A DNA stretch of 64,000 bases from Eledone cirrhosa (taxonomy: Eukaryota): contig OZ024752.1 in assembly GCA_964016885.1 (NCBI GenBank), forward strand, positions 28,396,001 through 28,460,000, written 5' to 3'. The notes beneath the pieces were generated by a model. That model did not search any database. It was given only the letters and a program-made list of their open reading frames with translations, and was not told where the DNA came from. Numbering within the stretch: the stretch's first letter is position 1; the number at the start of each line of letters is the position of its first letter. Below are positions 25,078-49,684 of this stretch, piece after piece. Made by a program: the position numbers and the translations under genes.

Positions 25078-25114
<37 letters not shown>

Positions 25115-25348
25115 CGTATCGAGAGAGAGAGAGAAAAAGAAAGGATAGGTGATACATGTAGTTATTTGCCAAATAGCGTATGCAAAAGGTCCTCAATACT
25201 AGTGCCGGCAGTATTAAATATTAGAAGTGTTAATATTTAGTGGGCGAGAGAGTTAGCAGAGTGTAAGCACGGAGAACAGACCATTAATACATGTTTATTT
25301 AAATAAACATGTATTAACGGTCTGTTCTCCGATTTCTTACTTTTCCAC

Positions 25349-25394
<46 letters not shown>

Positions 25395-25643
25395 TTTGAG
25401 TATATGTTGGTTGTTTACCGACACCTCAGTATGCAGATTGGAGCACTCGACGAAGTGCGCAGGTTGGTTTGGTTATTCCGGAGTAAAATAAAATAATTAA
25501 GTCAAATATTTAAAATTTGGCTTCGTTTATTAAAGGTCTACTGCTATATATATTTCGGTGACAGCCATCCTTGGCTGTGACCTCTTCATATATATATATA
25601 TACATATAATATATAAGTGTGTGTGTGTGTGTGAGTGTGGGTG

Positions 25644-25707
<64 letters not shown>

Positions 25708-25715
25708 CGCGCGCG

Positions 25716-25784
<69 letters not shown>

Positions 25785-26172
25785 GGGCAAAATTCGCGAG
25801 ATCCAGCGGTCTCTGTCCCTCATCATCACCGCCAAGACCTGCATCTCCCATATATGTCATCCTTGGTCTCCTTCTTCTAGTGTGTCCCAGTAGGGGCGCC
25901 CACGGGACTACTGAGTGCAGTGTCAACTCTGAATGTCGGTGAGCATGTCCAGCTAACCTCAGTCACCTCTGTGTTACTTTCGAGCTGACTTCTGGTAGGC
26001 GCCCGTTCAGCTCTGAGTTCTTCATCCTCAATGTATACTGATTAATGTTCAGAGCCATCCTCAGCATTCTCGTGTAGCACCCTTCCACCATCTGAGTGAG
26101 TCTCTTGGTCAGTGTCCAAGTCTCAGTCGTGTACAGCAGCACAGACTCCACTGTAGCGACGAAGAAACGGAT
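25785..26172 (-). mobile_element. 3' fragment of an RTE-type LINE ending in (CA)n
   Basis: FFVATVESVLLYTTETWTLTK..GCYTRMLRMALN, LRLAGHAHRH and RRRRPRMTY are typical RTE ORF C-terminal motifs. Confidence 0.75.
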
Positions 26173-26201
26173 CTGTATTTATATATATATATATATATAT
26201 A

Positions 26202-26749
26202 CAGACTGGGACAGAAAGGTTACCCCGATTTCAAAGGTTAATAAAAAAACAAACACATGATTATAAGAGAAAAACTTTGTATTTATAATAAATACATTAC
26301 ATGCCATTTTGGTTTAAGTGGCAGATGCGTGTTTTCGTGCGGAACGTCTGGGAGACTGCTGTATTGAAGCTGCCACAGCTGCTATATTTTCTGCCCCTGT
26401 AGCGGTCCTAGGACGGCGGGGACTATTTTTTTACAGCCGATGATGTTTGTCTAAAGTTAGAAACCCACAGACGAATTGTTTTTCCATCCGGTACGGGATC
26501 GTGACGACGAAGCGCAAAGTGTCTTCGGAAGGAACGCTGCGTCGTTACATCGGACTGACCGTTCTTAAGAAACTCTTCCACAACAAATGCACGATGATCT
26601 CCTCTCCAGGCCATGCTGGGGTACTATCTGAAACAGAAAATTAATGGCATATATGGTACTTATTATAAATACAAAGTGTTTTCTCTTATGATCATGTGTT
26701 TGTTTTTTATTAACCCTAGAAATCGGAGCAACCTTTCTGCCCCACCCTG
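26202..26749 (-). mobile_element. Internally deleted Tc1/mariner DNA transposon
   Basis: TA|CAG...CTG|TA ends and imperfect ~110-bp TIRs. Remnant N-terminal HTH region MAWRGDHRAFVVEEFLKNG..TTQRSFRRHF..TIRLWVSNFRQT followed by PGRPRT. Confidence 0.85.
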
Positions 26750-26751
26750 TA

Positions 26752-26827
<76 letters not shown>

Positions 26828-26886
26828 TTGAAATAAAATGAAAACGAAATTTCATTTCTCACTCTTATATATATATATATATATAT

Positions 26887-27336
26887 ATTGTTATACTTTG
26901 TGAGGGTCATGTTGCCAATAAGAAACACACGCACCAGTTGCTTTCACTTCAATTTATTATAATAAATTTATAAATTTAAGAATTTATAAATTTCCGGTTG
27001 GTTGGTTCCACAACCAGATGGTTGTTTATATATTGTCAAAGTTCTTTCGTCACACATTCTGTGACATCTTCAGTGACTTGTTTCAGAAACAAGATGACGT
27101 AGGACGGAACAAAGGAGAGGCACAAAAACAAAGAAAAGAATCCCCAGTCACTGAAGAGGTCACAGAATATCTGACGAAAGAACTTTGACAATATATAAAC
27201 AACCATCTGGTTGTGGAACCAACCAACCGGAAATTTATAAATTCCTAAATTTATAAATTAATTATAATAAATTGAAGTGAAAGCAACTGGTGCGTGTGTT
27301 TCTTATTGGCAACATGACCCTCCCAAAGTATAACAA
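26887..27336. mobile_element. Fold-back element with ~190-bp inverted arms, each with a hammerhead (27035-27077 -, 27147-27189 +)
   Basis: 26887-27078 is the reverse complement of 27146-27336. Motif GTCA-CTGAAGA-(g)GTCA..TGAC-GAAA-GAAC-TT^-TGAC. Confidence 0.8.
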
Positions 27337-27421
27337 TATCGGTTTCAACACACGTTTTCAGATAAAGAATCTTGCTAAACAAATTCAGAAACGAAATATA
27401 TATATATATATATATATATAT

Positions 27422-28030
27422 GGTGGCTGCCAACTCGTTTTCGAGTACGGCCACTACTTTATATCCATGTTGGAGAACCCCTACCGAAGCGCTGAACGAG
27501 TGTGACTTTTTAGTCCAGCCAGCGACTTGAAACCTCTGGTAAAAACACTACACTTGTGACAATTATTGACACATAGTGCTGGGCCCATGGTACCATGTGA
27601 GGACAAGTGCAGAGAGATCTCCAGATATAAAGCAATGCCTGTGCCGTGAAGCTTTTATAGTGAGCAAAGGCACTGCACAAAGCCAGTCCCACTCTCTTAA
27701 CCAAGATGATATTTACCAAAAAGAAGAACAAGTCAACATCATTGGATACCATCAGGGTTGCAGGTGTTATATCAGAGTTTTCCTTCTCCTAGAATTCTGC
27801 CTTGACAAAGGCTAAGGGGTCATCTCTCCCGGTGATTTTGGATGGCCATTGACTCTTAAGAGCTCCTTTGCCCTTTGACAGGTTTTGTTTTTAGTCCTGC
27901 AGGATGTCCAAAGTCACCCTCCTCACCAAGAAACCTTGGTGGGGTTGCCAGTTTAATCGCCAACGACCCGACCATGAGACAGGTTGTACTGGGATACATG
28001 TTACCAGTAGCACCAACTGGTGACCTGACA
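27422..28030 (-). mobile_element. ~610-bp interspersed non-coding repeat, possibly RTE 5'-UTR-derived (near-identical opposite-strand copy at 50541-51148; diverged piece at ~49390-49620)
   Basis: End-to-end similarity of the two copies, both embedded in TA/TG microsatellites. The RTE origin is inferred only from recalled motif resemblance. Confidence 0.7.
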
Positions 28031-28492
28031 TAATATATATACATATATACATATATATATATATATGTGCATGTGTGTGTGTATGTGTGCATGTATGTAT
28101 ATATATATATATATATATATATTTAATACATTAACAGAGAAAGCTTTAAGCAATACTCCGACCGGCTTCCGTCTCACTCAACAAACATTAGGATATACCT
28201 TAGTATAATCCCAATTTTACGTATGGGGTGCTAACTATACGTATTTTGCGGATACCCAGTTGTATTATTTTATATGAGATATAATTAAAATACATCTCTC
28301 TTTCCAAACAAATGTTTCATTATAAGTTTTCTACAAATTGGGAAAATAATGTCCAGGTTATGTGGAAGCCTACACTGAGTCCGTAGGAATATATGTAGGT
28401 GGGCACTTATAAATCATCAGTGGATGCCCGACAAATATCGATATAAAAAAAAACCCTTACCGACATTAATGTTCAGCGATGGTACCCTTCCG

Positions 28493-28553
<61 letters not shown>

Positions 28554-29155
28554 CCTGAACCATTGTCTCTGAGGATGAACGGCAGAATTGATGTATTTTA
28601 CCGAGGCTAATCCTTAAGTGTTGCATAACTGCTATCGATTAGTCTATATAATAGTAATATCCTGGTTTATTTTGCCCTTAGAAACGATCGTGAAACAATG
28701 GATTAGATAACAACTAAACCTCGTCTTATTTATTTTCCTCACTCAAATAAATATATATGTGTGTATGTGTATGTGTGCGTGTGGTGTGTGTCTGTGTGTG
28801 TGTGTGCGTGCGTGCGTGTGTGTGTGTGCGCGCGCGCGAGTGTATGTGTATATATATATGTATAATCAGATAATTACGTATATGTTGTGCACATGGTGTA
28901 ATTTCATAAACAAAAGGAGACAAAAGGAAATGTTCACACATACACATAAACATACACATACAACATATACCAACACCCACATACACGAACACATTGATGT
29001 GGTAGGGAACTGGTGCACATGTTTTTAAGAGTTGTATAATATCTGCAAACATGGAAATGCACCAAGAACGCAGTTGTAATGCACAGAATTACCTAACAGA
29101 ACGAGCAAATCACAATACATGTAAGCACAAAATAAATACATGTACGCATATATAA

Positions 29156-29283
<128 letters not shown>

Positions 29284-29371
29284 TGATCAGCAGACAAATG
29301 CGTTGAAAGCTTAATGATGCATAATAGTGCAGACAATGTAAATTTGCAATTATTAGTTATTTAGAAAACAG

Positions 29372-29585
29372 TGCTGAGGTTGCATTCAGAAAACACCCAC
29401 CACCCAGTACGTCTGTCATATTATCCTGCAACTGTAATTGCTGCAATTAAAAGGTGAATCAGCATTGATTGCAATGTATTTGCACCTGTAATGACACCAG
29501 GCCATTTTCAGGAAATCTAATGATCGCAAGCAATTTTCTGCACTATAAAATACAGCGTTACCTTCGAAGTTTCAATCATTTCATT
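29372..29585 (+). promoter_or_regulatory. Putative S-crystallin promoter: TATA box, Inr-like site, AP-1/ARE- and MARE-like sites
   Basis: TATAAAA at 29544-29550, TCAAT/TCATTT about 30 nt downstream, TGAATCAGCA at 29455-29464, TGCTGAGGTTGCA at 29372-29384. Confidence 0.6.
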
Positions 29586-29652
29586 CTCTCTTTGCAGAAG
29601 ATTTCTAAGCTGTTAAAGCTTCGGAAAACGCAAAAGTAATTCATTTGATTAA

Positions 29653-38404
<8,752 letters not shown>

Positions 38405-38644
38405 ACCCTGAAACGAATCTACCAGTTAATTAAGGCATATGGAAATGATTATTTTGCTTTTTTCTTAAAAGTCAAATTTGATTATTTGTAGTAATCTCCC
38501 ACAAATATACGGATTAAAATGGTATTCAAAAGCATTATGTGACCCGATTTAAATCTTTATCAGCCGATGATGTCTGTGAACTTTAATCGTTTAGACACCC
38601 ATCATGAGATTGTTCTAACTAGAAATATTTCAATATAGGAATTC

Positions 38645-38650
38645 AATAAA
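38645..38650 (+). terminator. Putative polyadenylation signal of the S-crystallin gene
   Basis: First AATAAA, 240 nt after the stop codon, followed by a pyrimidine-rich tract. Confidence 0.65.
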
Positions 38651-38712
38651 AGTTTATCAAAAATATTGATCTCCCTCTTCTTACTTTTGATTATCTGCCA
38701 TCTGACAATAAT

Positions 38713-38875
38713 AATTTCTGATTAAGGCACAAGGCCAACAATTTTGGGATGGGAAAGGAAAGTCGGTGAAATCAACTCCAGTGCGTGACTGGTACTTTAT
38801 TTTATCGACTCCGCAAGGAAGGGGTAGCTAACCTCGGTGGGATGTCATCTCAGAACGTAAAGGGCCGTAACTATG
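38713..38875 (-). mobile_element. Diverged, truncated SINE
   Basis: Family tail and core match. Confidence 0.7.
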
Positions 38876-39115
38876 CCGTGCCGTAGAAGAATTAATAAGA
38901 TTCAGGGTATTTTGTAGCAATTATATTATATTTTGTCATAGTTAGTACTAGAAAATAAGACCAGTTAATTATAGTGTTTAGTCTATTTAAAATAGTGATA
39001 TGTACTTACCAAGTGGATCTAATTCCCGTTAACGTGGATTTGATCATTTAAGAGATGAGTGTCGAAGTCATTGATAATATAAAGTTTCAGGAAGGGATAC
39101 AAGCTATCAATCGTT

Positions 39116-39360
39116 CTGTTGGTATACAATATACACTGTCAAATACTAATTCCTTCCTGTAGGTACACTGTAACACCATATAGACTGTCAAATATTAATT
39201 GCTTCCTGTTGGTATACTGTTACACTATATACATTGTCAAATACTAAATCCTTCCTGTTGGTATACTGTATACTGTTACACAATATAGACTGTCAAATAC
39301 TAAATCCTTTCTGATGGTATACTGTATATACACTGTTCACTGTCAGGGGCTAATTCCTTC
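39116..39360. repeat. Degenerate ~52-60-bp tandem repeat, 4-5 units
   Basis: Recurring CTGTTGGTATAC..ACTGTCAAATACTAA.TCCTTC. Confidence 0.8.
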
Positions 39361-40039
39361 TTTAATTGCTCACCATGTTGATATTTTACGTGAAGATATA
39401 AAGTTTATTTCATTAGATACGAAGCCAAAATTTCCGAAGAGACCACGAAATTCGATAAATTGAACCCAACCTATTGCTGGTATATATTTTATTGACTTAG
39501 AATAATGAATGTCAAACCAGACAGAACTTGAATGCAGTAAGCAAATGGATAAAACTAGTTGATGTCACCTGCTTCATCCAGCAATCTATAGTTTCTGTAA
39601 AACAACTGATTCCGTATATTAAGGTGTAAAAGAATACAAATAAAACAATGAGTTATGAAGAATCATTGGGAGTAATCAAATAGTTTTTCTTCCTTGACTA
39701 ACGTGTAGTGGTTCAGAAAGAAATGAAATAAACATGATAAAAGTCTTGTTAACCATTCAACATTTACATTACTCTATATTTACTATTGCATTTTCATGGT
39801 AAACAGTATACCTCACATAATTCTCTCACATAATATCGCATCTATGAGATTTTGATATTATTTGTTTTGAAAACAATACATTAACATCAGTATGAGTGGC
39901 CAGTTACAGTCGGTTTAAACAGAAAGAGGTTAGGGAATACAGGTGAATTTAACACAAATTAGCGCGGAATTACTATCTACTATTAATGCTTACATAATTC
40001 ATGTAGCATTTTTATTATACATATTTGGTACCCGTAATA

Positions 40040-40484
40040 ACAGTTTCTACTTTAGCACAAGGCCAGCAATTACCCCGGTGCATTATTGGCACTTTACTTT
40101 ATCGACCCCGTAAGGATGAAAGGCAAAGTTAACCTCGGCCGTATTTGAACTCAGAACGTGAAGGGCCATAACTCTATACTGAAAGCATGGTGTCTGACGC
40201 TCTACCGATCCTGCCAGTCCACCGCATGGAACCTGAATAATATATGAGCCATAGAATCGACTTATCGATTTGGCAACCATTACACATTATCTAAAATGCG
40301 TTGGATTGGCAGTATCGGTAGAGGGTCGGACGCCATGCTTTGCAGCACAGTTACGTCCCTTTACGGACTGAGTTCAAATCCCGCCGAGGTTAACTTTGCC
40401 TTTCATCCTTATGTGGTCGATAAAATCAAGTACCAGTAATACACTGGCATAATTGCTGGCCTTGTGCCAAAAGTAGAAACAATT
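40040..40484. mobile_element. Head-to-head SINE pair (40040-40225 -, 40302-40484 +)
   Basis: Family match. Confidence 0.85.
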
Positions 40485-41439
40485 ATATATTATCTAAAAT
40501 TCTCATATACCTTGTTATAATTAAAATACTAATTATTTTCGTACTATTCACTTCATCTTTAGACATTAAGTTTGTAATATTTATATATACACTATGCGTC
40601 AATTTGTTTTGATTGACACGCGATTAAAATCCAGAATCATATATGAAAGCATTGTCAAAATTATATTCATAAAAGATAAAATTAATTGTCCTCAAAATAA
40701 AAAACATTAACTATTTATTATATTCTAATAAATAAAATACATACCTCAAAATCATAAATAACTGTCCATATTTTGTGCTTAAAGCTGCAAAGTGAATATA
40801 TTATAAATATTTCATGGACCTTACGCCAATCTATCAAATGTAACAGGGCATTTATTTCTGAGACATAATGGAACTATTGTAGAATAAAGTTCCCTTCTCA
40901 CGAAAAACAAGCAATTAACCGTTGGACTCTAGGTAAGCTTATAATGAAATAGTTTAACACTATACGGTTCATCGACTCAACTATTCAAAGCCAGACATTT
41001 TAAAAATCTTTCTTAGTCGTATTTCTAATGTGATACATTATTTCAATTAATTAGTGAATAATGTTAAGAGATTTCCTACAATTATTATGTATTTTATTAC
41101 TAAGAAAGTAAGAGGATATATGTTTCTGGTATAAATTATGTTGGAAGATTGTAATTTACATAGGAATGCTTTAAAATATGTGCTTTTGTTTGAGAGAACC
41201 TGTTTTGTCCGGGTTGGTATCAAAAGGGTTAACACCATACACAAAACCAAAGTATTCTAAATTGAGATATAAGGTACCGGGAAGCCATATCAGTGAGTTT
41301 ATTTCAATACCGTGTTCAACAAGTTTCACATAAACACTAATATTGTTGAATATTTAGGTAAGTTACAGCTTACAATGTCACTTCCATTGAGCCTTTGTTC
41401 TAACTCAAACATAAATCTTAACAAAAACTCAGTAGGCAT

Positions 41440-41780
41440 CAGATTGGTCCGAAGAGAGTTTTGGGAGTCAGTGGGTTGGTAGGGGTGAGAGTTAGTAGTG
41501 TTGTAACAGATGGAGGATGAGAGGGTGCGATGACGCTGATAGATAAGAGAGATATCTAAAAATTGAACAGGAGAGTCAGGAAAGGAGGTGGTGAATTCAA
41601 AAGCGGGAGGAAAAGGTCGGACAAAGGAGAAGATACAGTCGAGCTGTTCGCACGCAAAAGAAAGAGATAGCGAGGCGCGTCGAATCAGTCATCAGTATAA
41701 TCACAGTATAGCTTTGGGATTTTCAGAGGAGATCTGCACCTCAATGTAGCCAACGAACAGGTTAGCATCGTGGGGGATGG
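41440..41780 (-). mobile_element. Old Penelope-like RT fragment
   Basis: Minus-strand translation gives DANLFVGYIE, PAFEFT..VQFLDISL and PTDSQNSL, resembling the PLE motifs YANLF.G..E, FT...FLD and KPTDS..YL. Confidence 0.65.
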
Positions 41781-43040
41781 CCAATGTCAATAGAAGCTTC
41801 ATATTGTGGATTTTGAATAGAGAATGTTTACCAATATCCAAATGTATGTCGAGTAATATCATGAAACCATAATCACCATCCTCCTCTTAATTACCCTCAT
41901 ACTGATCATCATTGTCATCGTTAGCACAACCTTTATAATCCTGATCATATCATTAGCACCAGTAATGCGCTGGAGTCGATATAATCAACTTTCTCCTTCC
42001 CAGAATATTGTTGGCCTTCTCCCTAAATCAGAAACAATTATATTTCATATAATTTAAATGGCTAAAGTAACGACTCATTCCACGTTGTCATACCTAGTAG
42101 TGTTGTAATTCGGAGTTAAGTAAGAACGATATAACACACTGCAACTGCTGTGAATCAGATCAGCTTACCTTGTCGTGCCTAACAATAAATATGTTATATT
42201 GTTGCTGCTGACAATGGTTTTGATTTAGGTACAAGGCCAACAATCTCGGTACATGGTGAAAGCCGATTATATTATCTTCAGTCCTTGTCTGATATTTCAT
42301 TTGATCAACTCTTCGAAGATGAAAGGCGCAGTTGCGTCGGCTGGATTTGAACTCAGAATGATAATACCAGAACCAATACTGCAAAGACATTACATCCGAC
42401 ACCCTGCCACTCTGCAACTTCATCACTGTCACTGGCATAATCATATTTACTATATTGATGAGTTATTCCATAGTTTGCATCTTAAATATATCTTAATGGC
42501 AGTCAGAAATAACATGTTACTGTCAACTTACAAATTAATAGTGCTTAGAGCAATGCCGGTTTGATCAGTTGTCAACATAACATGGCATGTCTATAAATCT
42601 ACATTAAATCGAAATAGTAAGTTAAGAAGTTAGACTCTAAAGTAAACTTTAAATCGAATAGATCATGTAAAAACCGTGATAGGTTCTATATTTTATGGCA
42701 TAAAATTGAAAGAATTGTGAACAAATATGGTTTGTCTTGTGTTCACATACATTTATCTATTGAGAAATTGAAAAGATAATTTCCACTTAACAGATGCAGT
42801 TCTTCTGTTAACGATATACATTCATGGACATATTCGATGTCTGCGACATTTTCGTACTCAACCAGCCTTATGTATATATAAATTATAGATATAGTACAAT
42901 CTTATGAAGGACTAGTGTCCTAAACGTTAAAACTATTTTCCTACTATTTCAAGCGTTAAACTAATATATTACTTCATTGTACTGTGTCCTTTGCTTTGTT
43001 ATTTCTGTCTACGTTTTATATACATGCATATATATATATA

Positions 43041-45332
<2,292 letters not shown>

Positions 45333-45501
45333 AGTATATTTACCAACATATGCGTACAGATGTACACTAATGCTAGCAAATACATAAGTTATGTCATAGT
45401 ACCTAGGTGGTTCAATGCAGGAGGATGCAGAACAATTATATGAAAGACGTAAAATAAGAAAATATTAAAAATTAAAAATTTACTTACTTACTAAAATTTT
45501 C

Positions 45502-45583
45502 ACTCCAACTAATTAATTTCTGTAATGGGATAAAGATAGTTACGCAATGTAACTGTCGAGAATTCATTACGTCATCAGGGAGT
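45502..45583 (-). ncRNA. Type I hammerhead motif (inverted partner of 45967)
   Basis: Same motif with one C>T change in stem III (U-G wobble). Confidence 0.8.
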
Positions 45584-45966
45584 CTATTCTCAGCTAAGTC
45601 TCCAGGTAATGCGCGGACACTAGGGACTCATATACAAATAATAATACATCTGTACGCATATGTTGGTAAATATACTAATTCTCTATATTTATCTCCAAAT
45701 TATTTATTTGTTGAGCAAACCTGCCAAATCCACTACTAACTTATTGTAGTGGTAGTAGGCTTTTGTCATTTTACCACCCCACTCCTTCCGACTAGCCTCA
45801 GTGTCATGTGATTGATTCTTTAGAATCTGCCATTTGACCAGAGACAGTGAACCTTTTCAGTGCTTTGGAATTCAGTCCTCGCTAGCTGTTCCATCCACCG
45901 AATTATTATTATTTTTATATGAGTCCCTACTGTCCGCGCATTGCCTGGAGACTTAGCTGAGAATAG

Positions 45967-46048
45967 ACTCCCTGATGACGTAATGAATTCTCGACAGTTA
46001 CATTGCGTAACTATCTTTATCCCATTACAGAAACTAATTAGTTGGAGT
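45967..46048 (+). ncRNA. Type I hammerhead motif with 51-nt stem II
   Basis: ACTCC-CTGATGA-c GTAATG...CATTAC a-GAAA-CTAATTAG-TT^-GGAGT, with palindromic ACTAATTAGT stem III. Confidence 0.88.
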
Positions 46049-46104
46049 GAAAATTTTAGTAAGTAAGTTAATTTTTAATTTTTAAAATGTTCTTATTTTA
46101 CGTC

Positions 46105-46174
<70 letters not shown>

Positions 46175-46176
<2 letters not shown>

Positions 46177-46470
46177 TGTCGTTTTGGAAGCTTCAACAAT
46201 ACAGATGGGTTATTCTCCAGGTAACAAAATCAGGTGGTAATGAGAGAGAGCTGTAAGACGAAGTGTAGAAAGAGATGTAGAGAATGTAAATGAACGTAGA
46301 AAAAGTGTACAAAATAATAACACGAGATAGAGTTACCCTGGAAGCGATTTAATAGTCCCTTAGTCCCTATATTTCGGATTTCACATCCATCAATAGAGGG
46401 GTTTACCGAGGGAAAAACAGTTGTGTCGGAGAAGGGCAACACGTGGCCTTCGTTGTTTACCATGCGCGTA
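46175..46470 (-). mobile_element. Diverged solo copy of the Penelope pLTR (cf. 44930-45228)
   Basis: Reverse-complement similarity, e.g. TTGATGGATG..ATCCGAAATATA and ATCTG.ATTGTTGA.GCTTCCAAA.CGAC. Confidence 0.75.
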
Positions 46471-46744
46471 CAACTGAAAATATATATATGTACATAAAGA
46501 TGACCGTTATTGCTCCAACCAGTCTATTTACCTTGGATAACTATCCTGAATAAACATACATCTATGCCACATATATATCTATACCATATACATAATAAAA
46601 CAAACACAAGGAATCACCGAATGCCTTATGTCTAAGCAAGGCACTTGAAAAACAAAGCCAACAATAAACAAAGCAACCAGTGGACAAGACCTTCCTTCGG
46701 ATTCTAATATATATATGAATATGTATATGTATATATATATATGT

Positions 46745-46858
<114 letters not shown>

Positions 46859-46908
46859 TAATAAAATAATGAATAAACAAAGAAACAGTTCCTTATATTA
46901 AAAAAATT

Positions 46909-47044
46909 CATCATTTTACGATCGTTTCTAGGATATATATGTTAGTGTTGGTATGCATATCCTATAGATCTATGTAAAATGTTTACAAACTATCAGAGGG
47001 AATATACATACCTACACATATATATGCTGTCTTCAGAAATAATG
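46909..47044 (-). ncRNA. Type I hammerhead motif with ~100-nt stem II
   Basis: Minus strand CATTATTT-CTGAAGA-long self-complementary insert-GAAA-CGATCG-TA^-AAATGATG. Confidence 0.7.
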
Positions 47045-47059
47045 TATCAGGGATTTATC

Positions 47060-47134
<75 letters not shown>

Positions 47135-47369
47135 ATATTAAATAAATGGAAACTATATTTATAAAACCATATTTATTTTATTATATATATTTTAAGGGTA
47201 ACCAAGACAACATTGGTACACTTTCAGCAGATAAAATACAAAGTTTGTTTCATAAATAGAGACATACCCATGAAAATCATACCTTATAGGTTGAAAATTC
47301 ACTGAGTGCTCTAAATCAGTTATAAACATTTGTTTGTCGGACTTCCAACAAATTAAATACCACTTCTAC

Positions 47370-47404
<35 letters not shown>

Positions 47405-47505
47405 TATACATACATACATACAATCTTTGGATTTTAGTCTTCACATTTATTATTATTACTATATATATATATTTATTAAAATAACAGATTAAAGTTTAAG
47501 TAAAG

Positions 47506-47605
<100 letters not shown>

Positions 47606-47964
47606 TTGCATGTGTGTGTGTATCCCGCGTTCAATCGGGGGTAACCACAGTAAGGTACTCAATACATAGCAGAGTATAAATATTTAATGTAGAAATGGCT
47701 TCTACAGGACTAGAACTGTTTCATTCGAAGGAAATCATCATTCCTTTGAATGAAACAGTTCTAGTCCTGTAGAAGCCATTTCCCATATTAAATATATATA
47801 TATACAGTATATATATATAACAAAGACAGGGCAGTAAGAAGTCAGGTGGACCATAACGCACCAGAGTACTCGATACATAGGGTAGTAGAGTGGGGAATAC
47901 TGCTGGGTTAGTTCGGATCTAGCTGTCGAAACGGCCGGAGCTCAGACGTCGGGGTCCTGACTCT

Positions 47965-48006
<42 letters not shown>

Positions 48007-48086
48007 CAAATATAGACGGTAACAAAACAGAGAGGCAGACAAATAAAGGTTTATTAGGTTCACGCTCTTGAGAGTGGGGGGTGGGG

Positions 48087-48120
48087 AACGACGTTTCGGG
48101 AATACGCCCTTCTTCAGGAT
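48087..48120 (-). ncRNA. Hammerhead core with weak stem I
   Basis: CTGAAGA-a GGG cgtatt CCC-GAAA-CG-TC^. Only one clear stem I pair. Confidence 0.5.
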
Positions 48121-48785
48121 AAATAGGTTAGGAAGAGAGTTCTGAGGGTGTGTGGAAATACATTTAGAAAAAAGGGGGAAGGAGAACAAATAAAAATAAA
48201 AATAAACGTAAAAATAAACATAAGAATTAACAATAAGATGAGCAAGTGGTGGAAGGGTGTGACGCGTGTAAGGGTGGTGGCGGGTGGAGTTGGGCGAGGG
48301 AGGCGCGGGGGGGGGGGTCGAACCCAAGCAAAAGAGAGTTCATTAAATTCTGAAGGGCGGTGCCCCAGCATGGCCTCAGCCGGATGGCTGGAGGAGGTAA
48401 AAGAGTAAAAGAGTAAATACGCCATGTAAAATATATGACATGTAGAAGTTACTAACTCCCACAGGGGCTGGTGATAAATTATTGTGCTGTGGTATTGAAG
48501 AAAGGAGAGGTAACTCTACCGTATTAACGTCCATTAGTAAGAGATATAACTCCATGATTCTCTCTGTAGTTATGTGTCATTCTAATGACTTATCTTACTA
48601 ACATGTTCAGAGTCAATTGGTTGGTCAGATGTGTATCGAACCAGTACATTGGCTCGTCTATGGAAGCAGCAAGAAGTCCTTTCCGATTTACCTGTGCAAC
48701 ATAAACGGACACACTTATCTATATGTGTATGTTTTACATATGTATATATATATATATTTGCAAACTTGACTGTCACCACAGAATA

Positions 48786-48824
48786 TGAACCTGAAGATTG
48801 CGAAATCATGAAAGTACTTGTTCA
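48786..48824 (+). ncRNA. Minimal type I hammerhead motif (39 nt)
   Basis: TGAAC-CTGAAGA-t TG cgaaat CA t-GAAA-GTAC-TT^-GTTCA, with palindromic AGTACT stem III. Confidence 0.78.
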
Positions 48825-49102
48825 ATTAACACTTAACATTTAATATTCTACCATACTATTTCATTCTAATACTATTATAAATTTTAAAGGATTGTAAATA
48901 AAACGAGTAAATCAGACAAAGTTGGAATTACTTTTATTAATATGTATATATATATATACATTTTTTTCTTTTTCTTCGCTTTCTTTCTTTCTTTCTTTTT
49001 ATAACTGTCCCTAACATTTTTCACTACCAAATCAACTTTTTAAATGGAAGTTGAAGTTGTAAGGTATGTCAAATCTATCTATTTATAAGACTGTTTATAT
49101 TG

Positions 49103-49168
49103 TATTTTGTCTGATGAAGGCATACCATACTTTTAATATGATATCCCTGAAATATATATAATGAAATA
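49103..49168 (+). ncRNA. Type I hammerhead motif (same family as 22713)
   Basis: TATTTTGT-CTGATGA-...-GAAA-TATATA-TA^-ATGAAATA. Confidence 0.72.
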
Positions 49169-49684
49169 AGTATGGTTTTATAAATATAGTTTCCATTTAT
49201 TTAATATCGTAAATATACTCCAAATACTTGTTGAGTGCTTTTATATCAGTTATAAATATTTACTCGTTGTAACCCAACAATTTAAATAAAACTTTGAATA
49301 TATATATATATATGTATGTATATGCATGTGCTTGCATATGCGCGGAGACATAGAAATAATCGGGCTGGACACCCAATCCCACCACTGGGAGTGAAGGACC
49401 CCTAGCCTTTGTCAGGGCATTCTTCTAGGAGAAGGCAACTCGGGAAACTGGGATAACTCCGATATAAAACCTGTGGCTCAGTAGTTACCGATGATGTTGA
49501 TCTTTTCTTCTTTTCGGGTCATAGCTACTGTCGCCCAGAGAGTGGGATTGGCTCAGTGCACAGTCTTTCCTCACTTTAAAAAGAAATCTTCACGCACAGG
49601 CATTGCACGATAGAATTAATTGATAATTATTAATAATGGTATATCGTGCAATGGCCATACTCGATAACGAGGGGGCAACCATCA

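Noticed and set aside
28155-28425. Possible long hammerhead on the minus strand
   Set aside because: The GAAA box is mutated and no stem I pairing was found.
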